A stretch of 12,617 nt of DNA from Candidatus Bipolaricaulia bacterium (lineage in GTDB: Bacteria; Bipolaricaulota; Bipolaricaulia; RBG-16-55-9): assembly GCA_042219045.1 (NCBI GenBank), contig JBDGQO010000078.1, positions 1 through 12,617 on the forward strand, written 5' to 3'. Of this stretch, positions 1-9,045 are shown one piece after another. Both the position numbers and the translations under genes were made by a program. A model generated the notes under the pieces. The model was not told the origin of the DNA, made no database searches, and saw only the letters and a list, made by a program, of their open reading frames with translations. How positions within the stretch are numbered: the first letter of the stretch is position 1; each line of letters begins with the position of its first letter.

Positions 1-601
1 GGAGATTCAACGCCTGTGTGAGCGTCCTGGCGAACTGAACCGAGGAGTCCTTCAGTGTTTCCAGGCGAAGAATCGTTAGGCAGTCTCTTCCGAAGTAGTC
101 AGCCCATCGCCTGAGCTGCTCGGCGTACCGGCTCGCCGCGAGGATCTCGGGAAACTCCTCAGCGGCCTCCCGGAGCGGGAGACTCGTAAGGCCGTAGCGT
201 CGGAGGTGGGCGAAGTGGGAGAAACTTCTCTCGACGGGATCTCGGTAGATGACGATCAAGGGGATGCTGCCTCCGAGGGTGTTGCGGATTCGTTCTGGCG
301 CCTCGTCTGAGTGAAAGTAACTGGAACCCACTTCCATCACAATCCGGGACTCCCTGTTTTGGCAATTCTGGAAATGCTGTGCGTACCAGTCGAGTCCCTT
401 CTCAAATCGGCGATCAAAGAAGAATGTCTCCTTGACGTCCGTCGGCAAGCACGTATCGCCCCGCTGTTTCAGGTACCGATGCACCCATGTCGTGGCCGCC
501 CGCATAGGCCCGATCACGAGCGCATCCGGGAGTTTTGTCTCCGTAGACGAGGATGCCATCAGGAAAAGGTGCGTTTGACGAGGGATGGTCTCGGATGTCA
601 T
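1..601 (-). CDS. PAPS-dependent sulfotransferase #3 (partial; C-terminal part lies beyond the left edge)
   Basis: Not in the ORF track. Manual translation from ATG at 601 (alternative in-frame ATG at 559) is open to the edge: MTSETIPRQTHLFLMASSSTETKLPDALVIGPMRAATTWVHRYL...DVKETFFFDRRFEKGLDWYAQHF...MEVGSSYF...VIYRDPVERSFSHF...SRYAEQLRRW. It contains the 5'-PSB loop, the KExxFF motif and the 3'-PB motif (RDPxxRxxS). A purine-rich AAGGAAGAG lies upstream of the ATG. Confidence 0.9.
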   Translation of the reverse strand, partial: MTSETIPRQTHLFLMASSSTETKLPDALVIGPMRAATTWVHRYLKQRGDTCLPTDVKETFFFDRRFEKGLDWYAQHFQNCQNRESRIVMEVGSSYFHSDEAPERIRNTLGGSIPLIVIYRDPVERSFSHFAHLRRYGLTSLPLREAAEEFPEILAASRYAEQLRRWADYFGRDCLTILRLETLKDSSVQFARTLTQALNL

Positions 602-623
602 TCAGGACTCTTCCTTTAGCGAC

Positions 624-1793
624 TCACGTGGTCTCCAGTACACTCGCGTACGCCTCGATCCAGGCCGACTTCGAGAACCGCTCCTTGGCCAACTCGAACG
701 CATTTTCCCCCATCTCATCGCGCAGATTCGGGTCGTCCAGGAGCTGCTCTACACGCTCGCGCAGATCCTCGGGATCGTGCGGATCGACGAGATACCCCGT
801 TTCCCCATGTTGGACCGACTCGGGAACCCCTCCCACGCGGGTGGCCACCGCAGGAACCTCCGCGAACATGGCTTCCCGAATGACGTGCGGGATTCCTTCC
901 CGAAGGGACGAAAGAACCAGGAGGTCACATCGTCCCAGAAGCGCTGGGACATCGTCCCGCCACCCAAGAAAGTCAACCGCTTCCGAGAGGTTCTCATCGT
1001 CCACCAGGGCGAGCAGGTCGTCGTAGTAGTCTCGGTCCCGCACAGCGCCGACGATTGCCAACTGCAGATTGGGCGTGGAGCGAAGCAGGGAGGCGAGGGC
1101 CCGAATTGTCATCGCCTGGTTCTTCCGGGGGTGAATGTTGCCGATCGTAAGTACCGTTCGTGACCTCCCGGCCCCGTCCCTAGCGGCGGTCCGGAGGGCT
1201 GCCTGCCGCTCCTCGCTGATGCCCGGATAGATATGGTCTACCTTGTAGCCCACCAATCTCTCAATCTGCGCACCGAAGGTCTCCGGAAACTGTCGCTTGG
1301 ATTGCGTGACGATGCGGGTGGCAAGGCCCAGTCCGATCCAGTGTAGCACTCGCATCAGCCCACTTGGGGGCTTCTCGTACCCAATGTCCCAAATCAACGG
1401 GACTCCGAGGAACTGGGCTGCAACGCCGACCAGCAAGATGCCTTTGATCTGACGAGCCCAGAGGCCATCGACTTCGTGCTTTCGGCAGTAGGTCGCGACT
1501 CGCTGATTGTACTTGAGCAGCTCGAAAAGGCTTTTTGCCTTTCTGGGGAGCGAGTAACCTATGGCTTGCTCATCGTGAACGTCCAGGATATCCGGGAGTG
1601 TGACGACCTCTACGGGAACGCCTCGACTTCTCAACTCCTCCGTAAGGGCACTTTCTCTTTGAGACAGGAGCACCACGTCGTGACCAGCCGACTGGAGTCC
1701 GGTCAGCAGGTTCACGACGGTGCGGGGCCCTCCCGTCAGAGACAAGTCCCTGTCAACAGGAAAGAAAAACGCGTACTTCTTCACGTCAGTCAC
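624..1793 (-). CDS. Glycosyltransferase family 4 (GT-B, retaining)
   Basis: 389 aa. N-terminal GG loop (TGGPRTV), IGNIHPRKNQ, FLGWRDDV, the E-x7-E signature (REGIPHVIREAM), and ATRVGGVPE...GETGYLV. The GTG start overlaps the wzy stop (GTGACTGA). Confidence 0.93.
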   Translation of the reverse strand: MTDVKKYAFFFPVDRDLSLTGGPRTVVNLLTGLQSAGHDVVLLSQRESALTEELRSRGVPVEVVTLPDILDVHDEQAIGYSLPRKAKSLFELLKYNQRVATYCRKHEVDGLWARQIKGILLVGVAAQFLGVPLIWDIGYEKPPSGLMRVLHWIGLGLATRIVTQSKRQFPETFGAQIERLVGYKVDHIYPGISEERQAALRTAARDGAGRSRTVLTIGNIHPRKNQAMTIRALASLLRSTPNLQLAIVGAVRDRDYYDDLLALVDDENLSEAVDFLGWRDDVPALLGRCDLLVLSSLREGIPHVIREAMFAEVPAVATRVGGVPESVQHGETGYLVDPHDPEDLRERVEQLLDDPNLRDEMGENAFELAKERFSKSAWIEAYASVLETT

Positions 1794-3225
1794 CCTTTCT
1801 CTGGAGGATGAAGTATGCCAGAACGACCATTGGAAGGAGCGTCAGGATCCACTCATACAGGGTCGGGCTGTGGGGCCTCGCAATGAGTAGTGTCACCGCG
1901 TAGAACGCGACGACCGCCCCGCTCTCTCTATTCTCCAGATATACCCGGCCGATCCATTTCAGGAACCACCCCCAAGCGAGAAAGACGGCGATGATTCCCA
2001 AAACGTGGAAGTTCCAGTATGCCTCGCCCACGCTGCCCGGTGGGACCCCACGACCGGGACTGTCAAAAAATACTTTTCCTGCAAGCGTGCCGGCTGCTTC
2101 TGGTTTGTTGAGCCAGACTGCCCGTGGGATTGGGAGTGCCAACAGCGAAAGATAGGATTTACCGAGAAGCAGGCTTTCCTCATCCGGGACACGAGCTAGG
2201 ACCGGGTACATCCCCTCCGCTGATCCTGAGTACTCGGCAATAGCCCGAATGCCTTCCGAAAAGCCTTCAGTGGGGGAGGCGGCGACATCTGCAGTGCTTC
2301 CGGAAAAGGGTTGCGTCAGGAGAGAACGATCCCCTCTCAATTGTCCCAGAAATCCGATGAGGAAAACGCCTACCACTGCCGCCCCCCCGATGGTCTTGAA
2401 CGGAATCCGGTGGTGCCGAATCGACCAGATTAAAAGCAGGAAAAGAATCGGGAACAGAACTCCGGACCGCGAGCCGGTCGCTCCGAATACGAGCGCTAGA
2501 GAGAGCACGAACAGGCCCCAGAACGACAGTCGCTTCACGGCGCGATCGTCGGTCGCGAACCAGATCACGCAGGCATTCATCAACTGCTCGACAAGGACAA
2601 TCCACTGTCCTCCCCCGTATGCCTTTGTACGCCCGACTAGCCCTGCTCCCCTCAGGAGGATCAATTGCCCAATTCCTCCTACCGCAGAGACGATTCGGTA
2701 GAATGCCAGGCCGGCTATTCCTCCGATGAGAATCGTCTTCAACAGGGGTCGGCTCGGCTTGGCAAGCGACAGTGAGGGAACTTTGAGGCGCGGTGCCGTG
2801 GTGTATCCGAGGTACGTGATGGCGAGGGCGAAGGCCTGCAGGCCAAGCCCGTACGCGACTAAGAGGTTGAGAGAGGCCTCCGTGTATCCCGGCAGGGCCT
2901 CGTGATACGAGAGTCCGTCTGTAAACAGGCCACTTTTCGGCAGAACTTGCCGCACGAACAGCCAGAGCGACGTGAACACAAGCGGATGAAACCATCCCCA
3001 GCCCTTCACGCGGGCAACCAGGAAAGGGGCGAACAGGAGGGCTGTCTTCGCGAGGAAGGAAATGTAGACGAGATGGACGTTCGGACTCTCGCTCGATACG
3101 TTCAGCGTGCCAATCGTGAGGAGGTACGCGAGAAGCAGCACGCCCCCCAAGGCCCACTGCGAGGCCGTGATTTGCACATACGGGTTTGAGTTCTCTTCCT
3201 GAACCGATGCCAAGGCGTTCCTCAC
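1786..3225 (-). CDS. wzy: Wzy-type polysaccharide repeat-unit polymerase
   Basis: 479 aa with roughly 10-12 hydrophobic segments, a GSRS motif after a TM helix, and a large loop near the C-terminus containing GKSY...PIPRAVWLNKP...PPGSVGEAYWNF, as in Wzy/WzyE-like polymerases. It sits between GT genes in a locus with wzx. Confidence 0.82.
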   Translation of the reverse strand: MRNALASVQEENSNPYVQITASQWALGGVLLLAYLLTIGTLNVSSESPNVHLVYISFLAKTALLFAPFLVARVKGWGWFHPLVFTSLWLFVRQVLPKSGLFTDGLSYHEALPGYTEASLNLLVAYGLGLQAFALAITYLGYTTAPRLKVPSLSLAKPSRPLLKTILIGGIAGLAFYRIVSAVGGIGQLILLRGAGLVGRTKAYGGGQWIVLVEQLMNACVIWFATDDRAVKRLSFWGLFVLSLALVFGATGSRSGVLFPILFLLLIWSIRHHRIPFKTIGGAAVVGVFLIGFLGQLRGDRSLLTQPFSGSTADVAASPTEGFSEGIRAIAEYSGSAEGMYPVLARVPDEESLLLGKSYLSLLALPIPRAVWLNKPEAAGTLAGKVFFDSPGRGVPPGSVGEAYWNFHVLGIIAVFLAWGWFLKWIGRVYLENRESGAVVAFYAVTLLIARPHSPTLYEWILTLLPMVVLAYFILQRKGD

Positions 3226-4358
3226 ACGACGGTGCTCAGAATATCGAGGTACTGATCGGCGACCGTGTCTCGCCGGAACCGATCAAGGGCGGAGCGCGGG
3301 GCTGGCTGTACGCGGCCTTCGAGGGCTTCTTCAATTGCTACGGCGAGGGCAGAGGGATCTCCAACTGGCACGAGCCTTCCGTACTCGCCATCCTTGAGAA
3401 TCTCGGCGGGCCCACTTCGACAGTTTGTTGAGACGACCGGAGTGCCGGTCGCCATTGCCTCGATTAAGACGGTAGGAAGCCCTTCCCACTTCGACGAGAG
3501 GACAAAGACCGAAGCCTGCGCCATGTATTTCAAAGGATTCGACGTGAACCCTGGCATCCAGAGCCTGTCGCTTATGCCAAGGCGCCGGGCCTCTCGTTCG
3601 AGGGCCGGGCGCTTGTCTCCCTCACCGAGAATAGCGAGGTATGCCGGACGACGCTCTCCCACCCTGGCAAACGCACGGAGAAGGGTTGAAAAATCCTTCT
3701 GTTCGCAGAGCTCTCCCACCCCAAGGACCACGGAATCACTCCCCGCCGAAAACCAGGGATGATCGACGTGCTCTCTCGCCTGTTCCACGAGACCCGGGTC
3801 GAGGATGGGGTTATGAACAGTAGTGATTGCCTCTCGGCGCAGCCCGATTGACTGACACAGATCTTCCGCGACTCCCTCGGAAACAGCAACCGTTCGGTCA
3901 GCGGAGGGATACGTAAATCGCATCAGGGAAAAGAGGACCCGATTTTTCCACTCTGACTGGCTCGTCGATGCCGACAGCACGTTGTGCTCAGAGACAACGA
4001 TCCGGGTAGACACTCCGCTCAGCGCACGTGCCCAGAGAGCGATGCAGTTGGTCGTCCTCATCGCCGACAGCAGCACTGGAGGACGGCGCCGACGCAGGTA
4101 CCGAATGAGGCCGGGAAGGCTCGTGAGGATCCGCGACGCCTCCAGATCGACGACCTGAGCCCCCGATGGGACTTCGTCCGCCAGCTCACCCTCGGTCGTC
4201 GTCAGCACAATGTCCGTCTCAACGCCTCGCTCCAGGAACTCCTCGGCGAGGGTGAGCATCACGCGTTCCGCCCCCCCGCCCCACAGGCCGGTCCAGAAGA
4301 GTGAAACGTGAGAGGGATGTGCGCTCACGAGCGTTGCAGGTTCGTCGTGGGAATACAA
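3222..4358 (-). CDS. Glycosyltransferase family 4 (WabH/PglJ-like subgroup)
   Basis: 378 aa. GGGAERV, SEHN, AVSEGV, HNP, QKDF, PGFTSNP, SSKWEGLPTVLIEAM and STNCRSGPAEIL. The TTG start is uncertain; a GTG about 10 codons downstream is an alternative. The stop overlaps the wzy start (GTGA). Confidence 0.93.
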   Translation of the reverse strand: MYSHDEPATLVSAHPSHVSLFWTGLWGGGAERVMLTLAEEFLERGVETDIVLTTTEGELADEVPSGAQVVDLEASRILTSLPGLIRYLRRRRPPVLLSAMRTTNCIALWARALSGVSTRIVVSEHNVLSASTSQSEWKNRVLFSLMRFTYPSADRTVAVSEGVAEDLCQSIGLRREAITTVHNPILDPGLVEQAREHVDHPWFSAGSDSVVLGVGELCEQKDFSTLLRAFARVGERRPAYLAILGEGDKRPALEREARRLGISDRLWMPGFTSNPLKYMAQASVFVLSSKWEGLPTVLIEAMATGTPVVSTNCRSGPAEILKDGEYGRLVPVGDPSALAVAIEEALEGRVQPAPRSALDRFRRDTVADQYLDILSTVV

Positions 4359-4370
4359 TCGGGCACGCCG

Positions 4371-5297
4371 CTACGGGCGGCACCAGCTGGAAAGGTCCAA
4401 ATCCGAGTATTGCGCCAACCGCTCGTTCCGAGATTCAAAGTACTGCTTCAACTGCTCGACGCCCTGATCCGCATCGGAGGCGTCCGAAGCAGACGCGTCC
4501 TGAACCTGAACCCACCGATAGAGCGACTTCACGGCCTGCTTGAGCCGTCCGTCTGGGATCCGGGTCCCCACTTCGTAGGCCAGCCGCTGAAGGGTTGGGC
4601 TACGGACGAGGGTGGTTTCTCCTTCCGGGGACACCGAGCGCGTTTCGTAGAAGGACGGGTCGATCCCTAGGGTTCGGCAAATCTGCATTACCACTCGGCG
4701 ACTTTCTTCCACGAAGCGCTCGAACACGAGAGGATGGACGTGCTCCGTGCCCAGGCACTCCTCCCAGCGCTCGAGCCAGGCGACATATGTGCTGAGCGTA
4801 AGCTCCCGCTTTGCAATGTACAGGCTGCTGTCCGAATGATAGTGCTGTTCTAACGTCGAAGAGTCTCCGTTCAGGAGCACGTCGACGTACCGATTGAAGG
4901 TAAGGCCCGGATTGACGCGTCCCCGGTTGTGCTTCGTGAAGAGGAAGGACGAACGAATCCGATGGGCCGGCTGGCGGAGCACGAAAAGGACGTGCGGCTT
5001 CGGGTCAAATCGGGAAAACATCTCCTGCGCCGTGCCCTGGTAGTAGTGGTGGGTCGTCGCTTCGAGCCTGAGCCCGTCCGCTGGTTCGTCGAAGAACGTG
5101 TCGAACGCCGAGAGACCCGCGGTGTGTGCGGTAGGCTCCCCTCGCTCCTCCTGTCGCACGGCGAGAGGATGCTCGGCGTCCATGAAGAAGTAGGTCTCCT
5201 TCGGAGTGCTTCCCCGAACAGCTGGGTGTGCGTTGAGCCAGGCGAACAGGGTGCTCGTTCCGGCCCTCGGCGCTCCAATGATTGCGAGGTCCAGCAT
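4371..5297 (-). CDS. PAPS-dependent sulfotransferase #2
   Basis: 308 aa. 5'-PSB IIGAPRAGTSTL, KETYFF, LEATTHYY, 3'-PB LRQPAHRIRS, and C-terminal LKQYF..N.RL....LDLSSW. No signal peptide. Confidence 0.92.
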   Translation of the reverse strand: MLDLAIIGAPRAGTSTLFAWLNAHPAVRGSTPKETYFFMDAEHPLAVRQEERGEPTAHTAGLSAFDTFFDEPADGLRLEATTHHYYQGTAQEMFSRFDPKPHVLFVLRQPAHRIRSSFLFTKHNRGRVNPGLTFNRYVDVLLNGDSSTLEQHYHSDSSLYIAKRELTLSTYVAWLERWEECLGTEHVHPLVFERFVEESRRVVMQICRTLGIDPSFYETRSVSPEGETTLVRSPTLQRLAYEVGTRIPDGRLKQAVKSLYRWVQVQDASASDASDADQGVEQLKQYFESRNERLAQYSDLDLSSWCRP

Positions 5298-5358
5298 GTT
5301 GATCGGTGACCGTTTGCCCGGACAGCGTGGCGACGAATACGTTTCGGTGCTACGGCCC

Positions 5359-6249
5359 CTACGTGTTGACCCAGTGCGTCAGGTCCCGGTCGAGGAGCCC
5401 GCTGAGGCGGCGCACGTCATCCTCAAAATAGCGGGCGACGGCCTGGCGGACACGCGGCGAAAGGGGCGGGCGCGAGCGGTAGTGCGTGTTCAGTTCGTCG
5501 AGCCGGTCCATGATGCCGGTTCCCAATCGATACAGGCCTAGCGATTGCTTGACGGCGTTCACCCCCTTTACGACACGTCGTAGCCATTGAGACGTGCGCT
5601 CCTTGGCGGTATTGTGCGCCGAAAAATCCGTACGGATATGCTCGTCGAGGTTGAGGAACTGGAGTGTTTTCTGGTACTCCCAAGAGGCGTTCTCTTCGAG
5701 GTCGTCGAAAACGATGACGTGGACACGCTCTTCCGGAACGGTGTCGTAGAGGCGCCCAATCTGCTTCCCGAGCTTGCACACCTCCGTGTACGCGAGCAGT
5801 TTCGGCTCCCGACACCAGAACGTCACGTCTTTCCCCTGCAGGCGTCGATCAGACTTCTCCCAGGCAGTCTCGAAGTCCTCAATGTGCTCGTTACCGGCCA
5901 CGAGTTGCTGCTCGTGGAGCGAGCGGGCCATTTCGACCGGGTTACGAACCATGACGATGTATCGCGCCCCCGACATGGTCGCTTCAATTTCCGGGACGGC
6001 GACATCCGAAAACAGATAGAAGACGGAGGCCTCTCCGACGGCCCGGTGCGCGTCGGCTACTCCATCGAAGAGACGCATGTACGCATCCTCCTCCGGAATA
6101 TTTCTATAGTCGTGGTCGCGGTTAAAATAATGTGGTTCCTTGATGGGGGACATGTACACCTGCGGGTGATCGGACAGCCACTTCGCCAGCGAGGTCGTCC
6201 CACACTTTGGGGCCCCGATGATGAAAAAGTCTGGGCGGCGGTTACTCAT
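5359..6249 (-). CDS. PAPS-dependent sulfotransferase #1
   Basis: Likely start is ATG at 6249 (MSNRRPDFFIIGAPKCGTTSL), which overlaps the flippase stop (ATGAGTAA), giving 296 aa. The ORF-track start at 6315 lies inside the flippase. Motifs: KEPHYF, GEASVFYL, 3'-PB VRNPVEMARS and C-terminal YFEDDVRRLSGLLDRDLTHW. Confidence 0.94.
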   Translation of the reverse strand: MSNRRPDFFIIGAPKCGTTSLAKWLSDHPQVYMSPIKEPHYFNRDHDYRNIPEEDAYMRLFDGVADAHRAVGEASVFYLFSDVAVPEIEATMSGARYIVMVRNPVEMARSLHEQQLVAGNEHIEDFETAWEKSDRRLQGKDVTFWCREPKLLAYTEVCKLGKQIGRLYDTVPEERVHVIVFDDLEENASWEYQKTLQFLNLDEHIRTDFSAHNTAKERTSQWLRRVVKGVNAVKQSLGLYRLGTGIMDRLDELNTHYRSRPPLSPRVRQAVARYFEDDVRRLSGLLDRDLTHWVNT

Positions 6250-7651
6250 TGCTTCCAGCGAAGACGGTTGCGTTGATTCCGACGGTTCGCCACACATACC
6301 ATCCCATCCATGCATTCCAGAGAAGCGCGGTCGATGCCGTGGCGATTCCGGCCCCTTCGAGCCCGTAGACCGGAATGAGCCCGTAGTTCAGGAAGATGTT
6401 TATGGTCACCGCGACGGCAAGAATTTGGGCGGACTCCTTTTCGTGGCCCGTCATCATCATCAAGAATCCGACCGACCCAGCGGCCGTGTTGGCAAACTGG
6501 CCCCCCAGCAGCAGAACAAGTGCTCCGTACCCGGCGACGAACGCGTCCCCGAAGAGAGCGAGCACGTAGGTCCCTGCGCCCACCAGGGCCGTCGCAACGA
6601 ACAGGTAGAGCCCAAAGCTCCCACGTGCCGTCCAGGTCACAATCTGCTGGAGCTCGGAATGCCGGTCCGAATGATAGAGCTCCGCGATGAGCGGGGCCAT
6701 GATCGCGTTGGCCGACTGCAGGCCGAAGTAGGACAGCTCGGAGACGCGCGCCGCGGCCCCGTACGTGCCCGCCGCCTCCGGCCCCACGAGTAGGCCCAGC
6801 ATGATCAGGTCCGTCCGCTTTAGCAGCAGGTGCATGCCAGCGATGAGCATCATGGGCACCATCGATGACATCCACGTTTTCGAGTCCCAGACCGTGTCCG
6901 CCCGCCATGTTTCGGCGGGAGCAGTTTGGGCGAGCCACCATCCGGTAAGTACGAGGCAACACAGCACGGCGATCAGCATGGCGGCCATCCCCTGTGGCGC
7001 CGAGAGCCGACCCGGAACGCTCAGAAAGAGAAGTCCGCCCACCACGACGACGGCCACATGCCGCACCACAAGGTCCGGAATGTAGGCCCGTGTCGCGCTT
7101 TTGAACGCCTGTAGCACTCCTTTCCCTGTCTGCATGAGTCCCAGCAGTGGGAGCATTAGGAACGCCACCCAGAACGTAACGAGCTGTCCGTCGGGCATCC
7201 CGCCCCTGAAGCCCCACGCCACTGCGGCCCCCATGATGGCGAGGCTCACACACACCGCCACGACGAGACGGCCTCCAAACTGAAGGAGGCCCCGCAGTTT
7301 TTCCCACCGCTGGTCTTCCCGATATCCGGGCACGTACCGGACGAGGGCCTTATCGACCCCCAGTCGACCGAACAACACGAGTACGGTGATCCACGTCCAT
7401 ACGAAGGTGAATACGCCGTAGCTCCGGACGCCCATCCAGCGCGCGAGGAGGACCTGGGCCCCGAAGGCAGCGCCGGCCCCTACCACCCGCACGATAAACG
7501 CCCCTCCTGCCTCGCGGACCAACGTGGGAACGAGACCTTCTTTCTGCACCCGCGCCCAGAGCTCCTGGAGGCGGGACCAAATGCGTGCTTCCGGATCGCC
7601 AGCGAGGTCTGTTCCCTGGTTCGACGAGTCCGGCTGTTTGTTTTTGGCCAC
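6242..7651 (-). CDS. wzx: Wzx-type (MOP/PST family) oligosaccharide flippase
   Basis: 469 aa with about 12-14 TM segments. Wzx-like motifs LARWMG..SYG.F, LGVDKALVRYV, TDLIMLG.L.GPE.AG.Y..A.R, P.IAELY and LNY.LIP.YG.EGA.IAT. GTG start preceded by GAAGGA. Confidence 0.9.
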   Translation of the reverse strand: MAKNKQPDSSNQGTDLAGDPEARIWSRLQELWARVQKEGLVPTLVREAGGAFIVRVVGAGAAFGAQVLLARWMGVRSYGVFTFVWTWITVLVLFGRLGVDKALVRYVPGYREDQRWEKLRGLLQFGGRLVVAVCVSLAIMGAAVAWGFRGGMPDGQLVTFWVAFLMLPLLGLMQTGKGVLQAFKSATRAYIPDLVVRHVAVVVVGGLLFLSVPGRLSAPQGMAAMLIAVLCCLVLTGWWLAQTAPAETWRADTVWDSKTWMSSMVPMMLIAGMHLLLKRTDLIMLGLLVGPEAAGTYGAAARVSELSYFGLQSANAIMAPLIAELYHSDRHSELQQIVTWTARGSFGLYLFVATALVGAGTYVLALFGDAFVAGYGALVLLLGGQFANTAAGSVGFLMMMTGHEKESAQILAVAVTINIFLNYGLIPVYGLEGAGIATASTALLWNAWMGWYVWRTVGINATVFAGSNE

Positions 7652-7749
7652 CGGATTCGATCCTTCTTCTGGAGCGCTGCGGTTTCCCTAATTTTCTCTT
7701 CCGGCTTCCTCCGATGCAGGCCGCGAGCCCCTCTCTCCGAGGGACTATG

Positions 7750-9045
7750 CTAATCGTTCTGGCCTGCGGTCTGCTTCTCGGCTTGACGGCCCCCCGTCCA
7801 TCCTCGAATGGTCTCTGCGAGCCTCTGCGGCACGAACGCCTCCCGGATTTCCTCAATCTTTTCCTGATCTTCGGGGTCGTCTAGGCGCCCCACGAAAAGG
7901 GCACGGCCGAATGCCACCCCGACGCCGACGATTCCACCGAGAATCATGCTCATGAGGACGATAAGCGTTCGGTACGGGGCACTTTTCTCCGCGGGCGGTA
8001 CGGGCTCTTCCACAACGGTAACCACCGGTTGTTGGCGCTGCAAGTCGAGGCGGGCTTGCGTGAGCTTGCTCTGCAGCTCACTGTAGAGCTGTTCTTTGAA
8101 GCGGACTTGTCGCTGCAGCCGATCCCGCTGAAACTGGAGCGAGGCGGTCGTTGGGTTTTGATTTCGGTCCAGGAACTGGGCCAGTCGATCCTCTGCCGCT
8201 TCGAGCTCCTTTTTTGCCTCCTGAAACCGCTGCTTCACAAACTTGAGCCGCTCCCGAACCTTTTCCGTCCGGAGCTCCCGCACGCGAGTCCTCAGGTGGT
8301 CGACGAAGCTCTGCGCGAGGGAAGCGGCCAACCGCGGCCCTCCCGCCGTCACGGAAATGGTCATGAGTCCACTTTCTTGATCCACGGAGGAGGACACCAT
8401 GTCGTCGATGGTTTCCAGTGCTCGCTCCTCCTCCTTGGTGGGCACGGCCGGCACCTCTGTCCGCGTTGTGCCCGCCGGAGCGGGCGATTCAAAAATGGCA
8501 TTGGAGAGCGCGTTTTTGGCCGTAAACGGAAGCCAGAGGGTATATCTCAGAAAGAGATCGAAGGGACTGGGCGGACGATTTACGTACTCCAGAAATGTCA
8601 TCGGACGATCCGTAGCCGGAAACGAAAACGTGTCCCGCGCCACCGCCATCTGCACTTCCCGGCCCCGGAGAACCTGCGGGAAGGCCTGCGGCGTGAGGCC
8701 GCTGGAGGCACCCCCCAGATCGATTCCGAGTCCCGAAAGAGCGCCCGTTGGAAGGCCACCGAGGCCACTGGGGAGGCTGGCACCGTCCTTTCCCGCCTCG
8801 CGGACGACCTCTGCGCTCGATGTGTACTGCTCCGGCGCCACCAGTGAGTACGCCAGGCCCACCCCCGTGAACACAACGATGGTCCACAGGATGAGCGATC
8901 GGCCACGGGCCAGGATGAGCAGGAGGTCCAGAAGGGACACGTCGTCCTGGCGGGGCCGAGGGGTCTTCCCCGATGTCGTCTCTCCAGACGACGCCCCGGA
9001 CGGCTGTCCGCCCGCAGGCGACGAGTCGAATGAAGTACTGCTCAT
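7750..9045 (-). CDS. Polysaccharide co-polymerase / chain-length determinant (Wzz/GumC-like, no kinase domain)
   Basis: 431 aa. DDVSLLDLL before TM1, P..YTS.A, a Gly-rich GLGGL..GALSGLGIDLGG segment, a periplasmic coiled coil, Pro-rich VVEEPVPP.EKSAP before TM2, and a short C-terminal tail with no Walker A motif or Tyr cluster. Confidence 0.88.
   Translation of the reverse strand: MSSTSFDSSPAGGQPSGASSGETTSGKTPRPRQDDVSLLDLLLILARGRSLILWTIVVFTGVGLAYSLVAPEQYTSSAEVVREAGKDGASLPSGLGGLPTGALSGLGIDLGGASSGLTPQAFPQVLRGREVQMAVARDTFSFPATDRPMTFLEYVNRPPSPFDLFLRYTLWLPFTAKNALSNAIFESPAPAGTTRTEVPAVPTKEEERALETIDDMVSSSVDQESGLMTISVTAGGPRLAASLAQSFVDHLRTRVRELRTEKVRERLKFVKQRFQEAKKELEAAEDRLAQFLDRNQNPTTASLQFQRDRLQRQVRFKEQLYSELQSKLTQARLDLQRQQPVVTVVEEPVPPAEKSAPYRTLIVLMSMILGGIVGVGVAFGRALFVGRLDDPEDQEKIEEIREAFVPQRLAETIRGWTGGRQAEKQTAGQND

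Noticed and set aside
159..365. 68-aa minus-strand ORF in the track
   Set aside because: It is an off-frame reading inside sulfotransferase #3.
6250..6315. N-terminal extension of sulfotransferase #1 given in the ORF track
   Set aside because: It lies inside the flippase CDS. The ATG at 6249 gives a coupled overlap and a family-typical start just before PDFFIIG.
7727..7745. Terminator after wzz (CCCTC-GGAGA-GAGGG on the minus strand)
   Set aside because: The stem is only 5 bp with no U-tract, and the downstream genes appear to belong to the same operon.
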